A stretch of DNA of 64,000 bases from Candidatus Nomurabacteria bacterium. Its GTDB lineage: Bacteria > Patescibacteriota > Minisyncoccia > Phycocordibacterales > SBAW01. Under the pieces are notes generated by a model. That model had not been told where the DNA came from. It did not search any database and saw only the letters and a list, made by a program, of their open reading frames with translations. Shown here one piece after another: positions 10,545-19,839 of this stretch. The DNA lies in NCBI GenBank assembly GCA_943356495.1, contig CALRFF010000002.1, positions 165,875 through 229,874 on the forward strand, read 5' to 3'. Each line of letters starts with the position of its first letter. The first letter of the stretch is position 1. Both the position numbers and the translations under genes were made by a program.

Positions 10545-11947
10545 TTAGGAAACTTTTCTTCGGCAAGTTTGGGGATCGCCTCGACGAGCCCGCCCATCGC
10601 GCCGGAGGAGGAGAGGAGGATACAGTCGTCGGCTGATAGGTCTTGCTTGATAAGCGCGAGCGCTTCGTCGGCGGTTGAGACACCTACGGCGTCGATACCG
10701 CTTTCGCGTACACGGGCAACTATGTCTTGCAGACTCAGCTCGGTCTCTTTGCCGTCGTGCGGCGGATTGAAAATATATACCTTTGCGGCACCGACAAATG
10801 CCATGTCGTACTGCTCAAGCGTGGCCCGCGAACGCCAGCCTATGGTGTTGGGCTCAAAGACAACCAACAGACGGCGGTCGGTGAAATGCTGGCGCATCGC
10901 GGCGACGGCGCTTTGCAGTTTTTCGAAACTCGAGCCAAAGCCTTCAAAAATAGGAATGGAGGTGCGTTCTGACTTGCGGTCGAGCCGGCGCACGATACCC
11001 TTAAAGCTCGCTACCCCTTTGGCAAACTGCTCGGGGCTCATGAGTTTAAGTGTAAAGACAAGCGCGGCAACACCCACGATATTCTGAATATTGTGTACGC
11101 CCAGCTGGGTCGTTTCGATAGATACTATTATTTTGTCGTTTTGCAAAATGTTGAAATGAGTTTTTTCGCCCCATACGATATTGGCGGTTGTATAGTCGCC
11201 CTCGTGAAGACCGTAGGTAACGACCGGGCGCGTGATGGTGCCCAAGAACTCTTTGCTGAGCGGTCCCTCAACACATACAACCATTGTCGCGCTTGCAGGC
11301 AAGAGTTTAGTAAGTTCATAAAAAGGTTTCAGATAATCGGCCGGCGTGGGGAAGATATTGAAATGGTCGTGCGCGAGCGGGGTCAACAGCAAGTGCGCCG
11401 GCTGCATGAGTAAAAATTTGGAGCGCGGGTCGGTGTTGCTGGCGGGGTACTCGTCGCCCTCAAGCACAAACAACGGGCCACTTTGCATACGGGCACTCGT
11501 TTTTGGGGAGATGGGTACTGCGCCGATAAAGTATGACGGCGCAAGGTCCGCTTGCTCGAGGCAATGTGCCAAGAGTGCTGTCGAAGTCGACTTGCCGTAG
11601 CTCCCCGCGACAACAATGTTTTCTTTGTCTTTGCTTACCTCGGCCAGCACCTCGGGGAAGGAGAGCACGAGCTTTTTTGATTCGAGCGCCGCAGCCACCT
11701 CGGCGTTGGTCTCGGGGATCAGTTTGGCGTTCTTGCCAATAACTATAAGGTCGACATCCGCCGGAATGTTTGTGGCGGCGTAGGGTGTTTTGTAAGCAAT
11801 ACCTTCGGCCTCGAGCATGGTCGAGATAGGCGGGTATACCGCCTCGTCAGAGCCGGAGATAGCAACGCCGGCATCGCGCAGGAGTTTGGCGGTGGCCGAC
11901 ATCCCTACGCCGCCGATGCCTATAAAATGGGCCTTTTTCCACTGCAT
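10541..11947 (-). CDS. Mur ligase, Mpl/MurC-like
   Basis: HFIGIGGVGMS, GSYGKSTS, EGDEY, HDH, GIVRRL, VFEP motifs; start MQWKK at 11947. Confidence 0.85.
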   Translation of the reverse strand: MQWKKAHFIGIGGVGMSATAKLLRDAGVAISGSDEAVYPPISTMLEAEGIAYKTPYAATNIPADVDLIVIGKNAKLIPETNAEVAAALESKKLVLSFPEVLAEVSKDKENIVVAGSYGKSTSTALLAHCLEQADLAPSYFIGAVPISPKTSARMQSGPLFVLEGDEYPASNTDPRSKFLLMQPAHLLLTPLAHDHFNIFPTPADYLKPFYELTKLLPASATMVVCVEGPLSKEFLGTITRPVVTYGLHEGDYTTANIVWGEKTHFNILQNDKIIVSIETTQLGVHNIQNIVGVAALVFTLKLMSPEQFAKGVASFKGIVRRLDRKSERTSIPIFEGFGSSFEKLQSAVAAMRQHFTDRRLLVVFEPNTIGWRSRATLEQYDMAFVGAAKVYIFNPPHDGKETELSLQDIVARVRESGIDAVGVSTADEALALIKQDLSADDCILLSSSGAMGGLVEAIPKLAEEKFPK

Positions 11948-11965
11948 GGCACAACTGTAGCAAAG

Positions 11966-11991
11966 AAAAACCCTCCGCCAAAGGCGGAGGG
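11966..11991 (-). terminator. Intrinsic terminator of the YfiH-like gene
   Basis: ccctccgcc-aaa-ggcggaggg with T-tract on the minus strand. Confidence 0.7.
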
Positions 11992-11996
11992 GAAGC

Positions 11997-12860
11997 TTAG
12001 TGGCGCACAACCGCGACGAGGTACCTGCCGCCGCCGTTGCGGGTGGTCGGCAGCTCATCGCTGAGGTAGGCGTGCTCGAGCGAGATATTCTGCTCGGGCA
12101 CCCCGTGCTGCATGAACTGGAGTTTGGCGATGGTGGGGATGTCGAGCCAGACATCCTCAACTGACTTTTGCATCCCGCCCACGAGGCCGAGCGTCTCAAG
12201 GTGTGGGACCACGAGCCTGTTGTACACGTGATGCTTTTCGTCATCAAACCGGTGAACGAAGTTCTCCGGCTTGATCGAGTAGAGCACCCATGCCCGTATA
12301 TTACTCAGCACCGGCTCGCTGCCCTCGAATTCAAGAAACGCCTTAACGATGTTATCAACGACGCTTTCGAACGGCCTTGCATCGGGTTCGCCCAGCACGC
12401 GCTTACGATTGATAACGCAGTCGCGCCCCGCGTGAGCAAAGATAACGTAATCGCCGAGCACGGCGACGATGACGCTGCATCCGCTGGCACTGAAGATGCC
12501 GGCATCGCCCCTTTGCCGCAAAAACGTGCCGTCCGCCGGCATGTTGTTGTTACGGAACATCAACATGCCGGGCTCGAGCAGGAACACCTTGGAGAGTTCG
12601 ACAGGCTTGATGATCACCCCGTTGAAGTTCACCGGGTACGGTGCATAGGCGCGGTTGGCGCCCAAGTGCCGCATGGCGCTGCGTAGGCGTGCCGTAAGCA
12701 GGGGATGTTTACGGGCATCCTCCGGCTCTTTGAGCGGCCCGAGTGACAGTTCGTTGCCCGGGCCTTGAAAGCACGCCGCACTAAAGCGGACGCGCTTTGA
12801 CTCAAACGTATTGAAGACGAGCGGCACCAACGGCGCCGTTTCGTGGGTCATGGCGTCCAT
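11997..12860 (-). CDS. Divergent YfiH/PgeF (laccase-domain) family protein
   Basis: PADG, SASGCSVIV (cf. TADC), AHAGR, LDIP...GVPEQNI; AAGGAGGT SD before ATG 12860. Confidence 0.65.
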   Translation of the reverse strand: MDAMTHETAPLVPLVFNTFESKRVRFSAACFQGPGNELSLGPLKEPEDARKHPLLTARLRSAMRHLGANRAYAPYPVNFNGVIIKPVELSKVFLLEPGMLMFRNNNMPADGTFLRQRGDAGIFSASGCSVIVAVLGDYVIFAHAGRDCVINRKRVLGEPDARPFESVVDNIVKAFLEFEGSEPVLSNIRAWVLYSIKPENFVHRFDDEKHHVYNRLVVPHLETLGLVGGMQKSVEDVWLDIPTIAKLQFMQHGVPEQNISLEHAYLSDELPTTRNGGGRYLVAVVRH

Positions 12861-12934
12861 GACGACCTCCTTATGTAAGAGCCTACTCTTTCCTTTATAT
12901 ACGATATTTTTTGTAAATGTGCTAGTGTAGCCGC

Positions 12935-13582
12935 ATGAACGGCAAACTTTCGGTCGTCGCAACACCCATCGGCAACCTAGAGGATATTACTCTGCGCGCG
13001 CTACGCACGTTTAAAGAGGCTGACTTTGTCGCTTGCGAGGACACCCGCACTACGCGCAAACTCCTCTCGCATTTTGACATCCATACGCCCGCAATCGCCG
13101 ACAGCAAGGTGCTCGGGCTTCTGGCGCAAGGTAAGCATGTCGCGCTGGTAAGCGACGCCGGTACGCCGGGGGTAAGCGACCCCGGCGGTGAGTTGGTAGC
13201 CAAAGCGCGCGAGCAGGGCGCGCAGATAGAAACTATCCCCGGCGCTTCGGCATTGCCCGCGGCGCTTGCTATTGCGGGCATACGCGTACCGTCATTTACG
13301 TTCTACGGATTTTTGCCGCAAAAGAAAGGCCGAGAAAGTTTGTTTAAAGAAATTGCCCAAACCAAGCGCGCCAGTATCTTTTACGAGTCGCCGCACCGGA
13401 TTATGAAAGCGTTGGAGTCGATGGCTAAAGCCATGCCCGAGCGCCGGGTGGGCCTGTACCGCGAGTTGACCAAGATATACGAAGAGGCGCTTATAGGCAC
13501 CGCGGCAGAACTCCATGACCTCTTAACCAACGACCCCCAAAAACAGCGGGGCGAGTTTGTTGTCATTGTAGAAGGGGAGTAA
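12935..13582 (+). CDS. rsmI: 16S rRNA (C1402-2'-O)-methyltransferase
   Basis: ATPIGNLEDIT, CEDTR, VSDAGTPGVSDPG, FYESPHR, RELTK. Confidence 0.93.
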   Translation: MNGKLSVVATPIGNLEDITLRALRTFKEADFVACEDTRTTRKLLSHFDIHTPAIADSKVLGLLAQGKHVALVSDAGTPGVSDPGGELVAKAREQGAQIETIPGASALPAALAIAGIRVPSFTFYGFLPQKKGRESLFKEIAQTKRASIFYESPHRIMKALESMAKAMPERRVGLYRELTKIYEEALIGTAAELHDLLTNDPQKQRGEFVVIVEGE

Positions 13583-13668
13583 CGCCTACACAGGCGATAA
13601 CGCCGTCGCTCCGCTCGGGAACAAAGCTGTGCTTTGACCCTCGCTACGCTAGGCGATAGACTAAAGTC

Positions 13669-13920
13669 ATGTCTAAAGAGATGACCATTATTGTCCTCGG
13701 TCTCTTTGTGGTCGTGGTGCCGTACCTCGGCATCCCCGGTGAGTGGCGCGTTATCTTACTGGTACTTTCCGGTCTTGGGCTCGCGGTCACCGGATTTCTC
13801 CTGCGCGGCGAGGCGCTTGCTCGCGGCGGACGCGCACATGCGCACAACTCTTTTGTCGAAAGCGAGCACACTCACTCTACACATGAGCATACCCACGAGG
13901 GCATCACGTCACTCAACTAA
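13669..13920 (+). CDS. Small two-TM membrane protein with His-rich C-terminus
   Basis: Two hydrophobic segments; HAHNSFVESEHTHSTHEHTH tail; TAGACT 6 nt upstream of ATG. Confidence 0.6.
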   Translation: MSKEMTIIVLGLFVVVVPYLGIPGEWRVILLVLSGLGLAVTGFLLRGEALARGGRAHAHNSFVESEHTHSTHEHTHEGITSLN

Positions 13921-14995
13921 GCTTCTGTACGCGCTCCTTGCGTGTGTAGGCATCGGCGTACTTTGCGGCGTCTTTTTTTATTTGCCGAAAGTCGGTGCCG
14001 TATCCTACGGCTCCGGGTCGGCCACGCAAACAAAAAAACCGCCGAAGGTAGTGCCGCTTAATACGCTCGAGTACGACACGCGGCTGCTGGCACTTGCACA
14101 TGTGGCAACTTCAAGCCCGTGGCACGCCGCTTTTTTGCAGGGTACCACCAGCGCCTCAACCACCGAGCCCAAGCCCCTGTGGCCCGTGCGCAAAGCCTAC
14201 CCCAACGTCGGCGCGCTACTGCCGTTTAACCGTATTGTCGCGTACTACGGCAACTTTTACTCCAAACAAATGGGCGTGCTCGGCGAGTATCCGGAGGAGG
14301 TAGTGCTGCAAAAACTGCAGGCAGAAGTAGACGCGTGGGAGGCCGCTGATCCCACCACGCCGGTTGTGCCGGCTATCGAGTATATCGATGTCACCGCGCA
14401 GGGCAGCGCCGGTAAAGACGGCAAGTATCGCTTGCGCATGCCTGATACGCAAATAGACAAAGCTATCGCGATGGCCGCAACAATAAACGCCATTGTCATT
14501 CTCGACATCCAAGTCGGACTTTCCTCGGTCGAGGAGGAACTGCCGCTCTTAAAAGACTATCTTGCGCTGCCGCAGGTGCATTTGGCCATAGACCCGGAGT
14601 TTGATATGCAGGGCAACACGCCGCCCGGGCGTGTTATAGGCACCACCGACGCCGCGACCATCAACAATGCCGCGCAATACTTGGCCGCGTTGGTACGCGA
14701 GCATAACTTGCCGCCGAAGATTCTCCTCCTGCACCGTTTTACCGAAGATATGATTACGGGCTACAAGCAGATAACACCCTTGCCGGAGGTGCAGATAATC
14801 GTGCAGATGGACGGTTGGGGCTCGCCGCAACGCAAAATAGGCACCTACCGCCACGTGATATATCCCGAGCCGGTGCAGTTTACGGGGCTAAAAATATTTT
14901 ACAAAAACGACCTTAAAGAAATCCCGAGCCGCCTCTTAACGATGCAAGAAGTGCTCAACCTTACTCCTGCACCGAGCTTTATCCAGTATCAATAA
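13883..14995 (+). CDS. Membrane-anchored hypothetical protein, possible glycoside-hydrolase-like TIM barrel
   Basis: N-terminal TM; RIVAYYG, LDIQVG, HLAIDPEF, DGWG, FTGLKIFY conserved-looking blocks. Confidence 0.6.
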   Translation: MSIPTRASRHSTKLLYALLACVGIGVLCGVFFYLPKVGAVSYGSGSATQTKKPPKVVPLNTLEYDTRLLALAHVATSSPWHAAFLQGTTSASTTEPKPLWPVRKAYPNVGALLPFNRIVAYYGNFYSKQMGVLGEYPEEVVLQKLQAEVDAWEAADPTTPVVPAIEYIDVTAQGSAGKDGKYRLRMPDTQIDKAIAMAATINAIVILDIQVGLSSVEEELPLLKDYLALPQVHLAIDPEFDMQGNTPPGRVIGTTDAATINNAAQYLAALVREHNLPPKILLLHRFTEDMITGYKQITPLPEVQIIVQMDGWGSPQRKIGTYRHVIYPEPVQFTGLKIFYKNDLKEIPSRLLTMQEVLNLTPAPSFIQYQ

Positions 14996-15026
14996 GGGCT
15001 TTACAGTTTGCTATAATTAACGGCAA

Positions 15027-16775
15027 GTGGAAGATCCTAATCAAATAACGTTTTTTGCGCAGACCAACTCGCGCGGGAGCGCTATGCCGTTCGGTATTAA
15101 GCGCAAGGACCGCGCCCGCCACATGTACGTCATCGGCAAAACGGGCATGGGCAAAAGCACCCTGCTGGAGAACATGGCCATACAGGACATCCGCAACGGC
15201 GAAGGTATTGCTTTTATCGACCCGCACGGCAGCACAGCAGACCGCATTATGGAGTATGTGCCGGCGCACCGCGTTAAAGACGTAGTGTACTTTGCGCCGT
15301 TTGACATGGAGCATCCGGTGGCCTTTAACGTGATGGAAGACGTCGGCTACGACAAGCGCCACTTGGTGGTCTCCGGCCTGCTCTCCGCGTTTCGCAAAAT
15401 CTGGGTAGACGCATGGAGCGCCCGCATGGAGTACATCCTTTCGAACACACTCCTTGCGCTTTTGGAGTACGAAGGCGCGACACTACTTGATGTTAACCGC
15501 ATGCTTATCAACAAAGCCTTCCGCAAAAAGGTAGTGGAAAATGTTAAAGACCCGATAGTAAAAAGTTTTTGGGTGGACGAGTTTGCCAACTACACCGACC
15601 GCTATACACAGGACGCGACGCCCGCCATACAAAACAAGGTCGGGCAATTTACCTCGAACCCTCTTATCCGCAACATCGTGGGGCAGCCCAAGTCGTCTTT
15701 TGACATACGCAAGTTGATGGACGAAAAGAAGATTCTTATCATGAACCTTTCCAAAGGCCGCGTGGGTGAGGTCAACGCGACACTCCTAGGCTCGATGCTG
15801 GTAACCAAAATTTATTTGGCGGCGATGTCTCGCGCCGATGTATCGCTGGAGGTAATGAACACGCTTCCGAACTTTTACTTTTATGTAGACGAGTTCCAAA
15901 ACTTTGCCAACGAAAGTTTTGCCGACATACTTTCCGAGGCGCGCAAATACAAACTCAACCTGCTTATTGCCCACCAGTACGTCGAGCAAATGGAGGAAGA
16001 GGTACGCGACGCGGTCTTCGGCAACGTGGGCACGACGGTGGCGTTTCGTGTCGGGCCGTTTGATGCCGAGGTGTTGGAAACAATTTTCAACCCGCAGTTT
16101 ACCGCGACCGATTTGGTTAATTTAGGTTTCGCCCAAATTTACTTAACGCTCATGATAGACGGTGTCGGCTCGCCACCTTTTAGCGCTACAACCTTACCTC
16201 CGTTTGACCTGCCGCCGGAGCGTTTTGTCGATCGCGTGCTCGAGTCCTCGCGCTCAACCTACGGTAAGCCGCGCGCCCAGGTAGAGCGTGATATAGACGA
16301 GTGGCACAAGGTAGACCCTGTCGTGCCCGACTTGTCTAAACCTAAAAAATCGTACACCGCTACTGTGCGCGCCACCGCGCCGCGCGTACAAACCGTACCC
16401 GTGCCGGTTGCCCCCGCACATCCCGTGCATCACCCGACGCCGGAATTGAAGAGGGAAGTAGAAATACTGCACAAAGCCGCCGCCGCTCCCGCAGTGCCCC
16501 GTAGCGAAGAGCCCCGCGGCCATAGCTCTTCGGGCGAGGCCCGCAGAACTCCGGCCCCGGCACCTCAACAGCAGCCGCAAAAGCCGCCGCTCGGAGGGGC
16601 TAAAAGTTTGCGCGAAGCGTTGGCGATGGCTACCGGTAAAAAAGCCGAGATACACGCCCCCGACCTTAAGCGCACGCTCGGTAAGGTAGCGCCCGAGGCA
16701 CATAAAACACCCGAGCTGAGCCAAGAAAAAATCCGCGAGATGCTCGCGGTAGAGCCGTTTGATGACGCTGCGTAA
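15027..16775 (+). CDS. VirD4/TraG/TrwB-like type IV coupling ATPase
   Basis: HMYVIGKTGMGKS Walker A, FIDPHG, YVDEFQNF Walker B, SEARKY, AHQY; Pro-rich tail. Confidence 0.88.
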   Translation: MEDPNQITFFAQTNSRGSAMPFGIKRKDRARHMYVIGKTGMGKSTLLENMAIQDIRNGEGIAFIDPHGSTADRIMEYVPAHRVKDVVYFAPFDMEHPVAFNVMEDVGYDKRHLVVSGLLSAFRKIWVDAWSARMEYILSNTLLALLEYEGATLLDVNRMLINKAFRKKVVENVKDPIVKSFWVDEFANYTDRYTQDATPAIQNKVGQFTSNPLIRNIVGQPKSSFDIRKLMDEKKILIMNLSKGRVGEVNATLLGSMLVTKIYLAAMSRADVSLEVMNTLPNFYFYVDEFQNFANESFADILSEARKYKLNLLIAHQYVEQMEEEVRDAVFGNVGTTVAFRVGPFDAEVLETIFNPQFTATDLVNLGFAQIYLTLMIDGVGSPPFSATTLPPFDLPPERFVDRVLESSRSTYGKPRAQVERDIDEWHKVDPVVPDLSKPKKSYTATVRATAPRVQTVPVPVAPAHPVHHPTPELKREVEILHKAAAAPAVPRSEEPRGHSSSGEARRTPAPAPQQQPQKPPLGGAKSLREALAMATGKKAEIHAPDLKRTLGKVAPEAHKTPELSQEKIREMLAVEPFDDAA

Positions 16776-17895
16776 ACATTTTTTACTTATATTCTTTTTT
16801 CTTTTACTCCTGCCTGCGCAGGCGCTTGCCGTTGATTTGGTAAATATTAATACCGCCGACTCGGCGACCCTGCAGACATTAAACGGCATTGGCCCCTCTA
16901 AAGCGCAGGCGATTATCGACTACCGTACGCAATACGGCCTGTTTGCGGCAATAGAGGATATCCAAAACGTCAGCGGCATAGGCACGGCCACATACAACGG
17001 CATTAAAGACTTTATTACGGTAAGCGCCGCCGTGCAGAACCAGCCTCAAACTCAAACCCAAACGCAGACCTCCACCCAAACGCAAGTACAAATAACCGGC
17101 AGTAATTCGCAACCGGCTATCGCCGCCTATATCACCACCGGCGCTAGTGCGCTGGCGGGCGCGGGTACGGTGTTTGACGGATCGGCCGTCGGCAGTAAAG
17201 GAGAGCCCCTTATCGCCAATGTGCGGTATATATGGAACTTCGGTGACGGTGTCGTTGCAGAAGGCGCGCACGCGCTGCACACCTATGCGTACCCGGGCAC
17301 GTACGGAGTACAGTTGTCCGTTGCGTACAACTACTCAAGCGCTACGGCACGACTCGACTTGTCCGTTGCTGTTGCGTCGGTCAAGTTGTTTGCCGAGGGC
17401 GACGGGTCGCTTACCGTTGCCAACACTTCAAACGGAGATCTTGATGTAGGGCTGTGGTCTTTGACGCAAGGCAACAACACCCCGTTTAGTATCCCTGCGC
17501 AGACCGTCGTACTTGCCGGCAAGGGTGTGCGCTTTGCGCCTCTTGTCATGGGGTTTGCGGGCGACACTGCCGCACTATTACGTTACCCAAATGGTGCGCT
17601 TGCCGCGAGTGCCACACCCAGTGCGCAGTCGCCGTTGCGCGGACAACAAGTCGAGATTCCGCAAAAACCTGCCACCGCAGCTGCGGTGGCAGCAAAAACG
17701 GCAGCATCAAAAGAACCAACCACAGCACAAGTTGCCGCAGCAGCACAAGCTCTCCCCGCGGCCGAGGGAGTCTTGTGGAGCTATTTAGTGGGGTTGTCGG
17801 CTATCATTGCGGTAGGGGCCGTTGGGGCCTACTATGCTCATAGGCCGTCAGGACCTGAAACTAGGGCCTTGGCCGAGGAGTTTGAGATTGAATAG
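16762..17895 (+). CDS. comEA: ComEA-like helix-hairpin-helix protein with PKD and Ig/LTD-like domains and C-terminal TM
   Basis: Signal peptide; VNINTAD..LQTLNGIGPSKAQAIIDYR; WNFGDG...HTYAYPGTY (PKD). Confidence 0.8.
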   Translation: MTLRKHFLLIFFFLLLLPAQALAVDLVNINTADSATLQTLNGIGPSKAQAIIDYRTQYGLFAAIEDIQNVSGIGTATYNGIKDFITVSAAVQNQPQTQTQTQTSTQTQVQITGSNSQPAIAAYITTGASALAGAGTVFDGSAVGSKGEPLIANVRYIWNFGDGVVAEGAHALHTYAYPGTYGVQLSVAYNYSSATARLDLSVAVASVKLFAEGDGSLTVANTSNGDLDVGLWSLTQGNNTPFSIPAQTVVLAGKGVRFAPLVMGFAGDTAALLRYPNGALAASATPSAQSPLRGQQVEIPQKPATAAAVAAKTAASKEPTTAQVAAAAQALPAAEGVLWSYLVGLSAIIAVGAVGAYYAHRPSGPETRALAEEFEIE

Positions 17896-17899
17896 CCAT

Positions 17900-18751
17900 A
17901 TGGATAAGAAAACTATACTGGTCACCGGCGGCGCCGGATTTATCGGCTCGCACTTGTGTGAGCGTCTTGTCGCGCAAGGGCATAGGGTTATTTCACTTGA
18001 TAATTACTTCGCCGGCTCAAAAGACAATCATGTCGCGGGAGTAGAGTATCGTACGGGCCACACCAAAGACATCGAAACACTGGTCCCCGAGACACCGGAT
18101 GTGGTGTACCACTTAGGCGAGTACTCGCGCGTCGAAATTTCTTTAGAGGAGCCGGCGCTGGTGTGGGACTTAAACAAAGACGGCACGTTCGGCGTAGCGG
18201 AGTTTTGGCGCAAAAAAAAGTGCAAGCTGGTGTACGCGGGCTCAAGCACCAAGTTTGGCGACGGCGGGCTGGGGCGCGTACAAAGCCCTTACGCGTGGAC
18301 CAAAGCAAGCAACACCGAGTTGGTGCAGAATTACGGCCGGTGGTACTCCTTGCCGTACGCTATTACGTACTTTTATAACGTGTACGGTCCGCGCGAGCGC
18401 GCGGGCAAGTACGGTACGGTGATCGAGATATTTAGACAAAAAAAGATGCACGGCGAGCCACTGACCGTGGTTGCTCCGGGTACACAAAAGCGCAATTACA
18501 CGCATGTCGGCGATATTGTGGAAGGATTGCTGGCGGTGGGAGAGCGCGGCGAAGGCGACGAGTACGGACTCGGCGCCGAAGAGCAGTACTCGGTGCTCGA
18601 TGTGGCGCGGATGTTCGGCGGGGAAGTGACGATGCTGCCCGAGCGCGCCGGCAACCGTATGGACGCGACGCTCGATACCACCAAGTCGCAAGCGATAGGG
18701 TGGAGGCCTACACACAAGCTTGCAGATTACATACAAGCCGCTATTGCATGA
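17900..18751 (+). CDS. NAD-dependent sugar epimerase/dehydratase
   Basis: VTGGAGFIGSHL, SPYAWTK, YNVYGP. Confidence 0.88.
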   Translation: MDKKTILVTGGAGFIGSHLCERLVAQGHRVISLDNYFAGSKDNHVAGVEYRTGHTKDIETLVPETPDVVYHLGEYSRVEISLEEPALVWDLNKDGTFGVAEFWRKKKCKLVYAGSSTKFGDGGLGRVQSPYAWTKASNTELVQNYGRWYSLPYAITYFYNVYGPRERAGKYGTVIEIFRQKKMHGEPLTVVAPGTQKRNYTHVGDIVEGLLAVGERGEGDEYGLGAEEQYSVLDVARMFGGEVTMLPERAGNRMDATLDTTKSQAIGWRPTHKLADYIQAAIA

Positions 18752-19839
18752 AAAAGATTTTAATATTTTCTTTAGCCTACTACCCGCGCGTGGGCGGGGC
18801 CGAGGTGGCTATTAAAGAAATAACCGACCGTATTGCAGACATCGAATTCCACATGGTTACGATGCGTTTTTCACGTACTGATGCGCCGGTCGAACAGGTG
18901 GGCCATGTGCTGGTGCATCGGGTGGGCGGTGGGAGTTCATATATAGACAAAATATTGTTTATCCCGCGCGCGGTACAAACCGCGCGGCGCTTGCACAAAC
19001 AAATCGGGTTTGATGCTTGTTGGTCGATGATGAGTTATATGCTTTTACCTGTAGTTTTGGCGCGGCTCGGCATCCCCTATGCATTAACTCTGCAAGAAGG
19101 AGATACAGAAGAGTACATGTTTGCCCGCGCGCGCATACTGCCGTTTTTATTCTTGTTAAAAAAAGGATTCCGCAATGCCACGGCCGTGTCGGCTCTCTCT
19201 ACTTTTTTGGCGGCGTGGGCAAAACGCATGGGATACGCGGGTAAAGTCGAAGTCATACCCAACGGCGCTGATGTGCAAAAATTTTCAGGAACAAAAGTCT
19301 CGCATCAGGGCACAGTACTTATTACGTCCTCGCGTCTGGTACACAAAAACGCCGTCGACGACGTAATACGAGCGATGGTTTTAGTGCCGGAGGTGCGGTT
19401 TCAAATCGCGGGAGCGGGGCCAGAAGAAGAAAATCTCAAGGCATTAGCTTGCGAGCTTAAGGTCGAGAACCGTATCGAGTGGCTCGGCTATATGGACCAT
19501 AGCCGTTTGGTGTCTCTGCTACATGCCGCGGATATTTATATACGCCCCAGCCGGAGCGAGGGCTTTGGGGCTTCTTTCCCCGAAGCAATGGCGGCGGGGA
19601 TCCCTGTTATTACTACACAAGAAGGGGGTCTTAAAGACTATATAACCCCCGAGGTGGCATGGCCTGTAGAGAAAGATCGGCCCGATCAAATTGCCTTGCA
19701 AATTAAAGCTATTTTGAGTAACCCAGAGCGTACGGCCCAGGTTATAGAAACGGCTCGGGCCATGGTCGTACAAAAATATGACTGGAGCCTCATAGCGCGC
19801 GATATGCGGGAGAAGGTATTCGCCCGTCTTTTTGTATGA
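18748..19839 (+). CDS. GT4 glycosyltransferase
   Basis: GGAE, SRL...K, SRSEGFGASFPEAMAAG. Confidence 0.9.
   Translation: MKKILIFSLAYYPRVGGAEVAIKEITDRIADIEFHMVTMRFSRTDAPVEQVGHVLVHRVGGGSSYIDKILFIPRAVQTARRLHKQIGFDACWSMMSYMLLPVVLARLGIPYALTLQEGDTEEYMFARARILPFLFLLKKGFRNATAVSALSTFLAAWAKRMGYAGKVEVIPNGADVQKFSGTKVSHQGTVLITSSRLVHKNAVDDVIRAMVLVPEVRFQIAGAGPEEENLKALACELKVENRIEWLGYMDHSRLVSLLHAADIYIRPSRSEGFGASFPEAMAAGIPVITTQEGGLKDYITPEVAWPVEKDRPDQIALQIKAILSNPERTAQVIETARAMVVQKYDWSLIARDMREKVFARLFV

Noticed and set aside
17035-17095. QTQTQT repeat in ComEA
   Set aside because: Low-complexity linker with degenerate codons, not a DNA tandem array.
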